Shown: positions 27,723 through 41,119, numbered from the stretch's first letter. The stretch: DNA of 64,000 nt from Lepidodermella squamata (GCA_047495785.1 JBLDXI010000032.1:1426001-1490000); one strand, 5' to 3'. Notes: a model not told the origin generated them from the letters alone. Numbers and translations: made by a program.

Positions 27723-30202
27723 ATGCTGAAGTTCGTTATAGCTATTTCTTTCTCCCTTTTCCAGGCTAGTGTGGCCATATGGAGTATCGATAGCCCGGTA
27801 CCTTCGCTGGTAAACTCGTCAACTTACACCGAAGTTCCATCAATTTCCATTAGCAACCGAACAGTCATTAAGATACCATTCTTTGTTGAGTATCATAGCC
27901 CAATTTTCTCAGTTGGTCCCTTGGGAACCCTCGCTGCTTCCTTTGCTTTGGAAAGACTTCGGTCCTTGCCTAATTGGTTGCCGAATTACGAGCTGCAACT
28001 CGAAATAAGCGACTCAAATGTAAGGCAGAAAAGTCCTCATTAACTCTTATAAATCGTACAATTTTAGTGTCTCGATGCTCCTGTTGTTTCGAAATTAATT
28101 GGTACCCTGGAGAGAATTCACGAAGCAAGTAATAGATTTCCACTTTTCGGCATCAATGATTGTTCAATGGATTCCCAGCGGCTGTCAGCCTTAATCATTG
28201 CAAATTACAATATGATTGGCATTAGTGTAACACCGCAACATGTCGATATTTGGAACAATAGACAGCGCTATCGAAATTACTTCGGCTTAGGAGAAAGGGG
28301 CGACTACATCAGCATCGGGTTAGCTAAATTCATCCAGAAAATGGGCTGGAAACGAGCTTCGATCCTTTCAGATAATGACGGCTTTGACACCATGCTAGAA
28401 GAGAGCTATGTCAAATGGTTTGAACACCACGGCATTTCTCTGGTGTATCTTGCCAGGTTTCGAATGTTCACTGAAGATGATTACGAATTATCTTCAGGCT
28501 TCAATGAACTCCAGGCTCGTCAACCACGCATCATTGTCACTCAAAGCCTGAGTACCGTAACTCTAGCCTGCTACATTCATAAATTCAAAATGTTCGGACC
28601 AAGTTACGTCATTATCATGGCAACGATTCATTACGACGAAACAGCTGAAATTCCGCCTTTTCTCGCCTCGTGGTGCTCTAAGGATATGATCATGGATGTC
28701 CTGAACAATGCCTTGAGTTCCGAGTCTTTTGGATCTTCCTTAACAGATGTTTACGGGCCAAGTTACAGAGAATTCACCGGTCTTAGAAACGACGAAATCT
28801 ATGCGTACGCAAAGTCTAAATTGAAAGATGTTTGGTTTTACAACAACTTCTTCCCTACGAGTTATGACAAAGTCCTGGCATTAGGATTACTCTTAAACCA
28901 GACTGAAGCTATCTTGAGGTCAGAGAACAAGACCCTATCACATTGGTTCACGAATTCAGAGAATTTTCGCAGAAATGGGTCTAAAATTGTCGAAATCTTG
29001 AAATTAGGACTGTACAGCCTGCCGTTTACTAGTGGAATGAAGGGAGATTTCGCTTTTGACCCGAAGACAGCGTGGTCAGTTGGCTCGATGCCAATATCGT
29101 ACAGACAGTTAAAGGTTAGCAAGATATCGGCGAATGGAAGTTATTCTGTTCAGAGAACAGTAATAGCCTACTACAAAAGTAATAATCCAGACCCGCTGAC
29201 TGTTTTATGGGATAGAGTGAAGTGGGAAACGCCCGATGGTAAGAAGCCAAGGGATGCCGTCGAAGTTATCCGTAGATCAGTACCTTCAACACGATTTGAA
29301 ATAATTGTGACCCTGCAAGTTATAGCCTCTGTTGAGATAGTTTTCCTAATACTTGCGGTAATCTATCTCTTGGTAAAAACGAGCAAAAGCTTCTTCCTTG
29401 TCTTTATGGCCGTCGGGCAAATTTTGATTCTTTCGAGTATTTTCATCATATCAAATTCCGATAAATCACCAGACTGGCAACTTAAATATCATTGTTTTTC
29501 GGTTTTAATCTTAATCTGGACGGGATTCTCAGTCGTTGTTATTTCCATTGAGGAACTGATCAATGACAAAACTTCGCCGCGATCAGGCTTTTCGAAACGA
29601 CAGATGGTTTCTGCTATCTTGTATGCAGTTTTACAGGCTGTTCTCATCTCTGCTAGTTCTCAAGGAGGAAACTTGAAAATCAGGGAAGTGATATTCCAGG
29701 TAGAATTTTCGCAATTAGATCCCAGTTTAGGCCATCAGCCTTTTCGCCATGAATGCGCTGTATTCGACACTCTGTTTTACGGTACGATCTATTCAAAAGT
29801 TTTGACGATCTTCGCCGGGTTGCTACAACTGATTATTCTCGCAAAAAGCTCGAAAACAGTACTGTTAGCTAATTTTCTCGCCGGGAATTCATCAGCTAAA
29901 CAGCTTCGATTGCTCTCCATATTTCTCTACGCAACCATCCTTGTCTTAGTTGGAGCTTTTTTCGTAGGGCTGCTGCGATCGGATGATTATGAATTTCTGG
30001 CTGTCCTCACCGAAATCATGTCATTACTTATCGGATTGGGTGTGATTGCGGTAGTAATCACACAAGGTAACATTTGGCACATTTCTAATTGCGCAAGTTT
30101 AACTATAGCTTCTATGACTTAGGAATGCCTGATAAGGCGCACAGACAACATGGATCAGGTCGAGCCTCATTCCTAGTAAACCGAGCTTTATCCAGGGGGT
30201 AA
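27723..30202 (+). CDS. Class C GPCR, divergent GABA-B receptor-like (Venus flytrap + 7TM); exons 27723-28019, 28068-30066, 30123-30202
   Basis: Signal peptide; WLPNYELQLEISDSN|C; KFIQKMGWKRASIL; KMFGPSYV; YDKVLALGLLLN; VKWETPDGKKPRD followed directly by TM helices with no cysteine-rich domain, as in GABA-B receptors. Confidence 0.8.
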
Positions 30203-30592
30203 AGAGGTGAAGTTAGTCCTACTTTGCTCAGGCTTGCTTTCTACTATCTTCGATCAATTCAATTCTTCATTATTTTTCAAGTTGTTTGTCCGCGGATAAA
30301 GTGGTTTTTTTCATTTCATTAATTTTTTTGAATGACGGAGTGACGAACTGACGAAATGACGAAGTAGCGAAGATACCACCACCTTAAAAGCTAGCGATTT
30401 TTTTATTTCACGAGGGTAAGCACAATTTGATCCTGCAAAACAGAAGTATAATCCCATAAAGTTGAATTACCCTCAGCTATCTCAGCTATTATCAACTTGA
30501 AAGAATTACATGAAGTCATGTGATGCATACGTTGAAGAGGAACCGCCGAACTGCGTACAGCAAGTCAAAACATTTTATTAGAAACAAGTTTA

Positions 30593-30999
30593 CCGAACTG
30601 CCCGAAACAATTACCAGCCTCAAATAAATGTCAGGGGTTAAAGGTAATTCGAAAAAATAAGTGTCAGGCCCGAAATAAATGTCATGTCATTTAGCCGCGA
30701 GTCAATTATCGCGCGCCACGCTGTAGTGTGCGTATTTCTTAATCCGCGTTGCGTAACATGTTTACCTACTAATGGTGGACGCGGGCTTGAGTCTCAAGGA
30801 CGCGGGTCGGTTTCTTGCTGTCTTCTTGTCTTCCTGGCGGCGGTCGTAAGGGATTATACGCTGATCTTGAGCACATTTTGTACGAGTGGGTCATAAAAGA
30901 GTTGCTTTGAAGAAGTAAATGTCAGGCCCGAAATAAATGTCTGAGGTTGGCCACCATTTGAAAAAAATAAATGTCATGGTTATTTTTCGGGCAGTACGG
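30593..30999. mobile_element. MITE with 15-bp TIRs and TA target duplication (Tc1/mariner superfamily-like)
   Basis: ta|CCGAACTGCCCGAAA ... TTTCGGGCAGTACGG|ta (1 mismatch); about six subterminal aaataaatgtc-type repeats. Confidence 0.85.
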
Positions 31000-31009
31000 T
31001 AGTCAAATC

Positions 31010-31330
31010 TAATCTTTTTGAGTATTGATAGAGGGCTTCTTCTCTTTGATCACCAGCATTTCCTGTACCAGGCAGTCAAATTTGAGTTACATGTAACTAC
31101 CACTTTGAAATAGGATTCGATTTGCTCCTCATCTTGTCCACAGGCTTGGTGATGGTATCCAACCTTGCTTTTCTTATGCTCTTCAGCGCGTTGGTGCAGA
31201 TGACGTGTCGTCATACCGACATAGCCCTTGACATAGCCTGGACCCGCTGGACACATTTATATTCGTACACATTAACTATTGATAAGAGGCAACTTAGGTT
31301 CCTTCGCTCCAAATCGTTCGATAATTTTCC
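31010..31330 (-). mobile_element. Penelope-like element fragment (GIY-YIG endonuclease), frameshifted
   Basis: VYEYKC...YVGMTTRHLHQRAEEH...FKVV, then FDCLVQEMLVIKEKKPSINTQ in the next frame: typical PLE GIY-YIG C-terminus. Confidence 0.85.
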
Positions 31331-31926
31331 CACTTCTAAGATTCGAAATTGACTGTATTACTTAGATCGCTAAGTTGTCGCCTGCCGGAATGTGATGACG
31401 TTTCGTCGATATCAGTTACTATAACTATCCTAATCGGTTGAGCTTGCAGTTATTCGCCTTAGTTTTTTATCCAAATATTTCGCAACTCATTTTCAAATTG
31501 ATTAGGGTATTTGAGTAATATTTTTCTAAGATGAGAGACTTCCGCATCCGTCGAAACGTCGGGCAAAACAATTGAAACAATCAAAAACAAGCTTATCTCA
31601 AAACGTCTTCTTATTCGGATAACTGAAGCCGACTAAACCTACAGCGTGTTTCTAACTGGTTCAATTTTACAACGTGGTGCAGCCGGAAAAACAGTTTTTG
31701 AACAGTTTTTTGCAAGACGGGAGCTGTTCAACTTTCGAATATCAAATTTTTTACCAAAAAAACGCTCGCTTAATTTGATAGGTCAATCGATAGGTCAAAT
31801 CCCGGTCAATAACCGATGCTGAAATCGATCCGTTCTGTACACGTAAAAACGATCTGGACGATGGTACGTGGGATAATAACTTGGCCGCATGAAAAAAACT
31901 AGGATGCTGATTCATCGGTCAGTTCC

Positions 31927-34885
31927 CGAAATTACTTGAAATTGAAAGCACCGTAGTTATCTCACCAAGTGTCAGAATAAATTCTAGTGGACGTTTTCAG
32001 TTTTCACAGACTGTTGACTTTACATTTCCTAGGTCGCGGACCGCTAGGTATTAAATTTCGTCCACGCCGAGCTGCTGTATCGTGTCCGGGAGGATGAATC
32101 GGAGATTAGGTGACAAGTATTCAAGCAGTTCACGATTCGACGATGTCACCATTAGTCTCTCTCTCTCTCTCTCTGTCGTCAACGATTTAAACTAAAATAG
32201 TGGGCAATACAAAGTTAAAAATGATTTTTAATTGGCGTAGCAACGTCACTGCAAATTTGGAATTACTGCCAGAAAGCAATGGCAGCCTAAATCAATTAGA
32301 CACTCTGCGCCACTATGAGAAGTTCAAGATCATTTAATTATAAGGGTCCACGTCAGGTCAAGCCGAAGTCGCACCAAAACTAAAACCGCTCTGACATGAA
32401 TACGGCGCTAACGATGGCGTGACTTCAGCGTCACATTCTGACGAAGCGATTACCACAGGATTCACTGTTATTCAAAGCACTCAATGTTTCATTACTTTTT
32501 TGAATCTGAGCCGACACGTTTCGAAAGATCGAAAATTTGACGATTTTATGGGGAAAATAGCCACGGTTGATATTTTGAGTATTGTATGCCACCTCTCCGT
32601 CCTGCCTCGGAGTATAATAATAATATCGGTAACAACTGGTTAACAATATATAAATACAAGCTGAATTATCACTACAATGGGGTCCAGATCCAAGCTACAA
32701 TATCCTGCGTTCTCGGAAGTAACAAATAACCTGTGAAGTAAAAGACCTGTGAAGGAAAGAGAGATCGCGCTCATTTTCCTGATGTCAACCGCATGCGAAA
32801 AGCCTAATTCAATCAACAACCCACATGAACTTGATAATATCATCTGAAATTCGTCCGAAGTTTGTCGTACCAAAGAATAGAAATTACCATTTTCAAAAAC
32901 CAAGATTCAAACCCTTCCAGCACATGTCATGATCAATGATTTTACTAATTTACAGCAATCCAGTTTCGTTTTCACATGATCGCGATACATCATGGTAAAG
33001 CGTCTGTTTTCTCGGTACAACAATATTCACTAGGTTACATTCTCGTAGATGAAATCGCGGTAACTTCTCATACCGTTTTTTACAGTACAAAGAAGTGTTT
33101 TTACAGTAGCCCAAATCTGAAGCAAGAATACTTTGTCGACAAAAAGCGCGACACTGCGCCTATTCTCGCGACGTAGATAACAGGAATAACAATTGGCGTG
33201 GAGAGGAAAAAGATGTACAGCAAGTCTTGAAGAATCATGTGATACGTCTCAAACTGTCTGAAATCATCCGAGTTCTGCAACAATTTCACCAGATAAGCCA
33301 TTGCTATTTCGTGAACGACGAACGGCATCCAGCATGCCGTAAATGCTGAAAGCATAATTGCCGTTGTCTTGTTCAATCTCGCCAATTTCTCCCTGGTGCG
33401 TCCACCCGACCGGCCGATAACCCGCCCGAAGCTGAAGTGGCAGATGATGATAAAATTCACTGCTAGTAACGTGACGATCAAAACCAGAAATTCGAAAGAG
33501 TATTCGTACAAACTATGTGAGAAATTCGAGCACCAGTTCCAGGAGCTACTACTTTGAACCTCTGCGGCCATGAATGCACTCAGGTAAACATCCAGCAAAA
33601 AATCTATCGAAGTATTCAAGTGACATGATTCTGGCAGGTCTGACATGAAGGAGCTCAGATAGGAATGAAAAGATGATGCGTTGTTGGGATCGATGAAAAG
33701 CACCCCGTGATTGAACTCTTTTAGCGAGGAATTGGATTCTTGAGCTTGAGCCCCGCCCATCTCCAACATCGACTCGTCGCAATTCGTGTACTCAACAGCT
33801 ATCAGAGATTGCTGCGGTCGAGGCAGCTGGGATTCCTTATTCACAAATGGTAGTATTAATTCGAATAGCGCGTGGTAGACGATAGCTGTTAAACATTTTT
33901 TGAAAGTAGACGAGCTATGGAAAATTTAGTTGATCTTACCCATTAGAATTACTCCAATCGCAAAAAGACATGGAGCCCTTTTCACAAGAAATTGCTTCGA
34001 AACGTGATTATATTGATGGGGGTGCACCTGGTTAGAAAACGACAACGCGATGAATATCACAGGGCTAAAAAGAAAGACTCACAATGCCTATGAAATGGTC
34101 GAAAAACATTCCGCAGAGATTGAGGAGAAAATACAGATAGCCTGCCATTTCGAGGCTATGCTCCAGTCTATGGGCGCATTTGTTCATTTTGGAGTCAATT
34201 TCGCAGAACCAGAACACTGCTGCTCTGAGTAAGGAAACCGCTCTCATACCGCAGATCCACATCCCAGCGGCCAAGAGACTCGCGAGGAATAGTCTGTAGT
34301 TTCGCCGGCGAATTTGCCCTCTAACAACGCCTTCCATGGCGAATGAATTGGCAACCGCAGCAATGACGAGGGTAACAATTTCCGCTACTGCTTTGAAAGC
34401 CATGTTTTCGCTGTTTTGAATAAAGTTTACACTGTTGTCCAATATCAGCATAAATATATGAGCTAATGATTAGCAAGGCTACTAATTGCCTTGGACCAAG
34501 GCCCAAGGCAATCGGTATGCAGCTGTCATGCTTTGATTTCTAGGTTGAATTCGTCATAATTATCGTGCAGATAGTTAGCTAAGTGTTTGTAACATCGGCA
34601 GGCGCATAACTTCGCAAACTCTCTTTGCTGTCCATATTGGTTTTAATCTGTTGTCAGCAAATTAGGTACTCAATCCGCTTCCGGCGCTTCAAGGGGTCTG
34701 CGTGGACCTTTGCAGACAACTTTTTCCATGTTTGTGTGTCAAAATCCATATTAATCACACGTCATGCGCCCTAATCACCTGCCTATGTGGATTTATTCAT
34801 TAGATAATAGACTTATAGAAATTATTGCCTGATTTATATTACGCCATTTCTTAAACTGCGACTCGTTAGGTAGGCTTCAAATGTC
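31927..34885. repeat. Local duplication copy B (paralogous to ~22250-26250)
   Basis: See copy A; includes a short (CT)n tract at ~32156-32173 absent from copy A. Confidence 0.9.
33101..34403 (-). CDS. Class A (rhodopsin-like) orphan GPCR paralog B, apparently intact, two short introns
   Basis: Seven hydrophobic segments; DHF at the DRY position, ACWMPF, TPIVIPVIY; the splice atgg|gtaag...tttaacag|ct restores the frame. Alternative ATG at 34451. Confidence 0.85.
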
Positions 34886-34888
34886 TGT

Positions 34889-35090
34889 AAGTCCAATTAT
34901 CATCTTCCCAGTAGCTTGCTCTAAAAGTGATCGCGAGACCAGCAGTGAAGATCAAAGCGAAAGCGATATTTCTAGCACCGTCAATTTGCATTAGTCCCCT
35001 TTCTGTTAAAATCTATGCAGCTAATGAACGTAAACAAACGTAGGATCACAAAGACCATGGTGATTGCAGACATTAACAATGGGCCGAGTC
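34889..35090 (-). pseudogene. Short decayed copy of the GPCR pseudogene segment at ~48006-48220
   Basis: Exact shared string aagatcaaagcgaaagcgatatttctagcaccgt plus colinear flanks. Confidence 0.8.
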
Positions 35091-35306
35091 GTTCCCATAA
35101 ATAAAGTTGGGAGAAATATTAATTTTTTTATTTTAAATCGGCGACAAGGTGAATTTACCTCAGAACGCGATAGAAACTGAAAAAATCCCGAAAAACTACG
35201 CCAAATATTCCAAATTTATTACTCGATTAGCTAATTAGTCACCGAGCAAATCCGTAAATTGAAAGTATAACGAAAGTCATTTTTAAATGAAAGTTTTCGC
35301 CATTCA

Positions 35307-37148
35307 TCAAGCAGCAGCCGGTTCGTTCGCGGCAACAGCGCCAGCGCCAGTCGGCGGCAGGGCAGTCGACAGATTCGCGAGGACATTGGCCGCAAATTCA
35401 GGATGAATCGAGGCAATGCGATCGACAACCACATTCAACCGAGCGCACAACTGCTGAATCTGCAAATCACACTCGGCAACGACGTCGCGCACCTCGAAGT
35501 ACACCAACCCATCGATTTGATCGATTTTGCCGTACAACCGACCCTCGGATATCATTTGAACAGCCACGTTTTCAGCCAGCTCGGGCGAAACCCCGCCCAA
35601 CACGATGCCGAGTTGCGCGAAACTGATGTTCTGGTAGATTCGGCTGACTGCCAGCAGGTTATGCTCGATAACGGCCCGTTCGACCAGGGTGACCGACCGG
35701 CCGCCCATCGACACGTCCTGGGACCGATGTCTAGGCAGTAGCAACGCGTCCAACGGGGCTAAATCGGCCGGGCGGAGGAGTCGCTCGAGGTAAAGGGATT
35801 GCAATAAGCTGTAAACAGCCATTCGATGGGTTCTATCGTCCTTAACCAGCGAGGCTAGGACCCTCTGGCGTTGCGGCCCGGCCGGGGCGAGGGCCGCGCA
35901 GACTATAGCCCGTTGTAACGCGTCGATTCTCTCGGAATCAGAAACGCTAGGGCGGAGTGATAATTCGGCGTAACGTTGGGCTGATTCGATGAATTTGCGG
36001 TTGAAATCGAGGATTTGCGCGTAGCAGGCTTGGTATTTGTTGAGTAGGGCTTGTTGCTTTACGTCGGACTGGAAGTGGTAGGCGCGTTTAACGATGACAT
36101 CGGCTTGTTCGTAGTTACCGCCGGCCATGTACAACTGCGCGATTCGAATCAGCAGACTCATTTTGTCCTCGCCAGAGTACTGCCTGAAAAATGAGAAAAA
36201 TGGGAATTGATTCGCTCATAGAGCTTAGAATGATATTATTCTATCCTCTGTATTTTGTGATCTTTACCGACTTTCCAAATCTCGAATTTTCTTTTGGATC
36301 TTATTGCATTACCAGCCCATTATTAGTTGTTTTATTTGTTTGTTTTCTGTATCAGAAGAGCAAGATTTGATATGGTTTAACAAATTCATCGGTCGCCAGC
36401 TTCGAAAATTTCATCATCATGATATGGCTTAACAAAGGGAATGTGTACTAAGTTCGCTAAATTCGAAGCCGGTGAAAAATATTGAGCAGGCGGTTGCGTC
36501 AATTTTTCTCGCAGCTAAAACCGGCCTAATATTATCAACCAGGGCACGCTAATTGCTCATGTGGCTTATTAATACCACCCACTACAAGTCGTTTATAGAC
36601 ATCTTCCATCAATCTAACGAGTATCGAAAACTTAATTTGTTACTTATTTTACTTGAAATAATAGCTTACTTTTGACCATCCAAAGGTATTTTAACCAAAA
36701 CATCAGCCGCTTTCAAAAAATTGGATTCCGATTCGTAAATTCCGGCCATCACGTGGCAAGCCGCAGTAACAGGTTCTTCGTATGACATCAGCTTGAACTT
36801 GGATTTGTCGAGGAAAAATTCGCCGATCGGGCCAACGATTTCCGGCGGATAGCGGGGGAAACGCGCGACGACCTCGGCGATCATCTGCTTGCAAACAGCG
36901 GAGGAAACGAGACCAACTTCACGCTGCTGTGCTGAATCATCAAAAACAGCCGTGATTATCGTTTTCAGCTGCTCCTCTAACGCAGGGCCAGAAGTGGCCA
37001 TCGAGTTCAAAAACGCCGCAATCCTAAACGAACTCGACAATTATTTGAAGATTTGTTTGTGCAATTTATTCAACCTTTCTTGGCTGTTCCCTTTGCCACC
37101 TGTTTGATACAGCAAGCTTTCAAGAGATTCTCTGAATCGGTCTGCCAT
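35307..37148 (-). CDS. COPS4: COP9 signalosome subunit 4; three exons
   Basis: SYEEPV...AADVLVKIPLDGQK|QYS, CYAQILDFNRKFIESAQRY, APAGPQRQRVLASLVKDDR, ERAVIEHNLLAVSRIYQNISF, GKIDQIDGLVYFE (PCI domain). Confidence 0.95.
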
Positions 37149-37428
37149 TTTTTCACCTCAAAAAGCCTATTCACGGGAGAAAAATACCACTTGAAAATAT
37201 AATGAAAATAATTGCTCAATTCATTTTATTCAAATAAAAAACTAAATTGGATGCGAGATTGAGAGAAACTATTCCTTAAAAAAAGGTGCAATAAAATTGG
37301 TCACAACTTGAATAGTCCACACGCAAAAATATATTCGAAGAGTATCGAAAGAAATATTTCACAAAAAACCGGTTGAAGAGAGATTATCTTGTTAATTTCA
37401 CGAGAAATACGTCATTAGATTGATTGTA

Positions 37429-37785
37429 TTACGCCTCCTTGATTGCGGCCAGAGATTGTCGGTGTAGGAAAATACGGCCGAGTTGAACGAAACCAGTCGT
37501 AGCAACAAATATATTGACGGCCACCAGCAGATAGCTACGAGGTATGATAACCATGGAGTAACGGGACCAAATCGTTCCGGTGCAGGCTAAAGCTGCTGAT
37601 TGAGATGGGCTGAGTTTGTCAGCTGGGCGAGCTAAATCGCTGAGACCAGCAACAACAAGGCTCCATTTGAAGACAGGGGCCCAGAAGAAAACAGTTTTCG
37701 GACCAGCAGCGTGATTCCACAGAGGTTGTAATTTTGCTGGAACTAAGCGGTCCAAAGAGGAAATAGCAGTTCGAACAAGAGCCAT
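37429..37785 (-). CDS. MPC2: Mitochondrial pyruvate carrier 2
   Basis: PLWNHAAGPKTVFFWAPVFKWSLVVAGLSDLARPADKLS...IWSRYSMVIIP. Confidence 0.95.
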   Translation of the reverse strand: MALVRTAISSLDRLVPAKLQPLWNHAAGPKTVFFWAPVFKWSLVVAGLSDLARPADKLSPSQSAALACTGTIWSRYSMVIIPRSYLLVAVNIFVATTGFVQLGRIFLHRQSLAAIKEA

Positions 37786-37989
37786 GCTTAATTAACAAAA
37801 TTACAACCTAAAAATAAATACACTCGCAATAAAATTTCATTGCATAAATTGCATTGCATAAATCCAGTCCTCACCCCCTAAATGGGACTTGGTACCCCGC
37901 CGAATCAGAGCGACCTTTACAATTATTCCGACTGTTTCTTACATTTTCTCGATTTTCCAGCTAACTTAACAGTTGGTTAAACAATATCC

Positions 37990-38225
37990 GCTCGATTCCG
38001 CATACTGACCCTCTGCGTCCTATGAGCTTCCATGCCATGGACTCGGAAATGATGATCCGATGCAACGGTCCGAATCCGCTGAAAGCCAACGGCATCATCG
38101 AAGATGCTCTCGATGAGAATTTTGGCAGCCGAAACACCTGGAGCTTTGAAGTGACACAGTCAAGTGTAGGCTGCAGTCGAACCTACAAGAGTTGTATGGA
38201 CGAGGAGTTCGAGTTGGACTGCTAG
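37990..38225 (+). mobile_element. Remnant of a hAT-type transposase C-terminus
   Basis: LR.MSFHAMDSEMMIRCNGP resembles the R.sl....l.alm.i..NGP end of the hAT dimerization region; only weak CAG..CTCACCC termini at ~37865 and ~38434. Confidence 0.45.
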
Positions 38226-40534
38226 GAACGCTTTTCAATAATATCTTCATTCATCGAAACCTCGTGGTTTCTTGCTATCAAAATCTCGGTTTTTTTGTTC
38301 TACAACTGTTAAAATGACTGATCATTGACATTGCAAGGGCAAATGAGATAGCGCAAAAGGCAGAAGGCCAGTTCTAGAGAATACGACTTTTGGATACAAC
38401 TTAAGCGGAAAAACGCTTGGGTGAGATAAAGCTGAAAATAAATTGCTACACTGCCCCCCGAACCACGGGACATGGGAAGAACAATATATAGATATTGATT
38501 CTGCGACTTCTCAGCCCGTTGGAACAGCCGCCTATGGCGAGGACAGCTGTCTTCGAAATCGCATTAAGCAACGTAGAACTTGGAGCACCGTCAACAACAA
38601 CAACAACCGTCACAACTTACGCGACCCCCCTCAGGGTCCATGTCAGCTGCGAGAAAAAAATGGGCAAAAATGTTTTTGGCGCGCGACTCTTAGTGTCAAG
38701 GCCGCGGTAGAAAATAAAAACCTACAACTGTTATGCTGTTAATATTTGCATTTGGATCCATTCATTAAATTTCACGTTTTAGCGCCCTTGACGAGAGTTT
38801 AGGCGGCACGCGCGCGTTTTTTTGTTTGTTTGAATAAATCCTCTTCAAGTCATCCTCCTTTGCGCGTCGGCTTCGTTCGCCAAAGGCGACATAGCAAGAA
38901 TGACGCGGTGGCGGGTTGCGACCCACGTCACTTCGAATCGGATGCGGTTCTTCTCGGGGAAACTTGAACCACCAGCCCCTTAATGGCGATTTTGTCATGA
39001 ATGTTCGTGTTAGCAACGTCACCAGAATGTATTCGTCTACGTGGGCAGCCGTGCAGTCCGGGCTGTGGTCGACGTCGTTGGCGTCCACCCACAAGTGGAG
39101 GCCAGTTTCACTGTATCGAGACGCTGCCTGTACAGAAAGATGAAAATTGATGGCTAACTTTGAACAGCTTTGCAACAGCTTTTCAATGCGCTTACCGAAT
39201 TGTTGGTTCAGAGATCCGGATAGTGCAGCCGTTGAAGAGCCCTAGCAGCCCCGGCCTTTTGATGACAACTGAAACTGTGCCAGTCTCATCGTTGAGAACG
39301 ACTGCAACTTGCGAGCCGCCGGCGATTTTTGCGGAGCTCCCTGCACGACGCCTTGTAGATAAAAGGTGAAGTCGCCTTGCCAGAGATCAGCGTTGGTTTG
39401 TCTTTCCATGTTAAGTTGAGAGTTAGGGAAGATGATCTTGATGTGTGGAATAATTGGAGGAAATATGAAATTACGATAGGAACATCACGAATCGAACGAA
39501 TTGAGACGAGTTTCAATTTAGCCTTTTACTGCTATTATTTACATGGACGTCAATCTTCCACCGCAAGAGCTAATTAAACCTTGAGTTTGCTGGAAGGAAT
39601 TTGAATGATTACGCACTATTATGACGTCAGCTCGAGCTACTGAGTTTTGAAGAAGGAAGCCAGATAATAAATGCAACGGAGTTTCAACAATTCTTGCGCT
39701 CTGTACAGAAGAAATTATGCTGTTGTGGGCTGTTGTGGGAGGAGGGGGCACCGTCGCAACCCCTATCATAGAAGCAAGACCACATGCCGTCAGGTAACAA
39801 CTATTCATGTGGAAGGCGTTGCGTTGAAACCAACCGTTTTAAATACCACGCGAAAACTGGCGAACCGATCGTCGATGCAAGCCTGGCTTAGATCACCGCA
39901 GACCAACTGCGACGCCGGAACCGTAGTCCCATGGTTGGACATTTTAAACTTCACGAAGAGGAAAAGTGGGATGAGCTCTCATTTTGACACTCATGCTAGT
40001 TCGATGGCAGAATCATGCTCGTGCTGAGCCGGCTCAGCGTTGTCCTTCATAGACTCGAGCAAGTCGCGAAGTAAAACCATTACTTGAAGCAAGCAGGCAG
40101 ACCATTTGCTGGAACAATTCATCCGAGTACTAAGACATCGTAGAATCGGCACGAGGATGAGCGTTATGATCGACATTCGACTCCGCAATAGAAACTACCA
40201 TAACTCCCGAGTATACATTCAGATGGTAACGGATATACTTGGAGCATTTATACTGTGTGCGCAGCTTGGTCGCTCCGGCTTCATAGCCAGAAGCGATAAA
40301 ACTAAAAAACCAGAATAATGAGAACATGACGACGGCGACGAAGACAAAAATCAACAAAAATCGCACGAAGTACCATCTTTACCGATTTTAAGCTGATAGG
40401 TTTTAGGACTAAGATATTGAGTCGTATGATAAGTTGCAAATTTAGCATACAATTATTTGTGAATTACCTACTATCAAAATTTAATTTTACTCAATTTCTA
40501 AATTTTAGTTTTTTTACTTTGAAATTCTTCGGAA

Positions 40535-41119
40535 ATGGCTCAAACTTTCCCACTGGGTCGACTCGAAAGAGAATCTACGGTGCTCATGATGTGTGATATG
40601 CAAGAAAAATTCAAGCCAGCGATTTTTCACTTCAACGAAATAACGGAAGTCGCACGTCGATTGGTGACTGCCGGAAAAATCATGAAAATTCCTCTGTTGA
40701 TCACTGAGCAATATCCTCAGGGCCTTGGCTCAACCGTTGCTGAACTAACCGCCGAAACAAATGGTTACGCTACGTGCGTTGTTCCTAAAACTAAATTCAG
40801 CATGGTGCTGCCGGAAATTCTACCGCATCTTGAAAAGGCTAAAACGATCGTACTATTTGGCGTGGAGGCGCACGTTTGTGTTCAACAAACTGCCTTGGAT
40901 TTGATTAAACTGGGCAAGGAGGTGCTAGTTGTTGCTGATGCGACTTCATCTAGGGCACCGGTTGATCGAAAATACGCCTTTAAACGCCTGCGTCAGTCTG
41001 GGGTGCTGGTTACTACTGCTGAGAGTATTATTTTCGAGCTGCTGGGCGATAAAAATGACGAAAATTTTAAAGCTGTTTCCGCTATTGTTAAGACTGGTGC
41101 TCCAGATACTGGGCTGTGA
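40535..41119 (+). CDS. Isochorismatase domain-containing protein (ISOC1/ISOC2 family)
   Basis: CDMQEKFKPAI, TEQYPQGLGSTV, KTKFSM, LFGVEAHVCVQQTALDL, VADATSSR, ESIIFELLGD. Confidence 0.93.
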   Translation: MAQTFPLGRLERESTVLMMCDMQEKFKPAIFHFNEITEVARRLVTAGKIMKIPLLITEQYPQGLGSTVAELTAETNGYATCVVPKTKFSMVLPEILPHLEKAKTIVLFGVEAHVCVQQTALDLIKLGKEVLVVADATSSRAPVDRKYAFKRLRQSGVLVTTAESIIFELLGDKNDENFKAVSAIVKTGAPDTGL

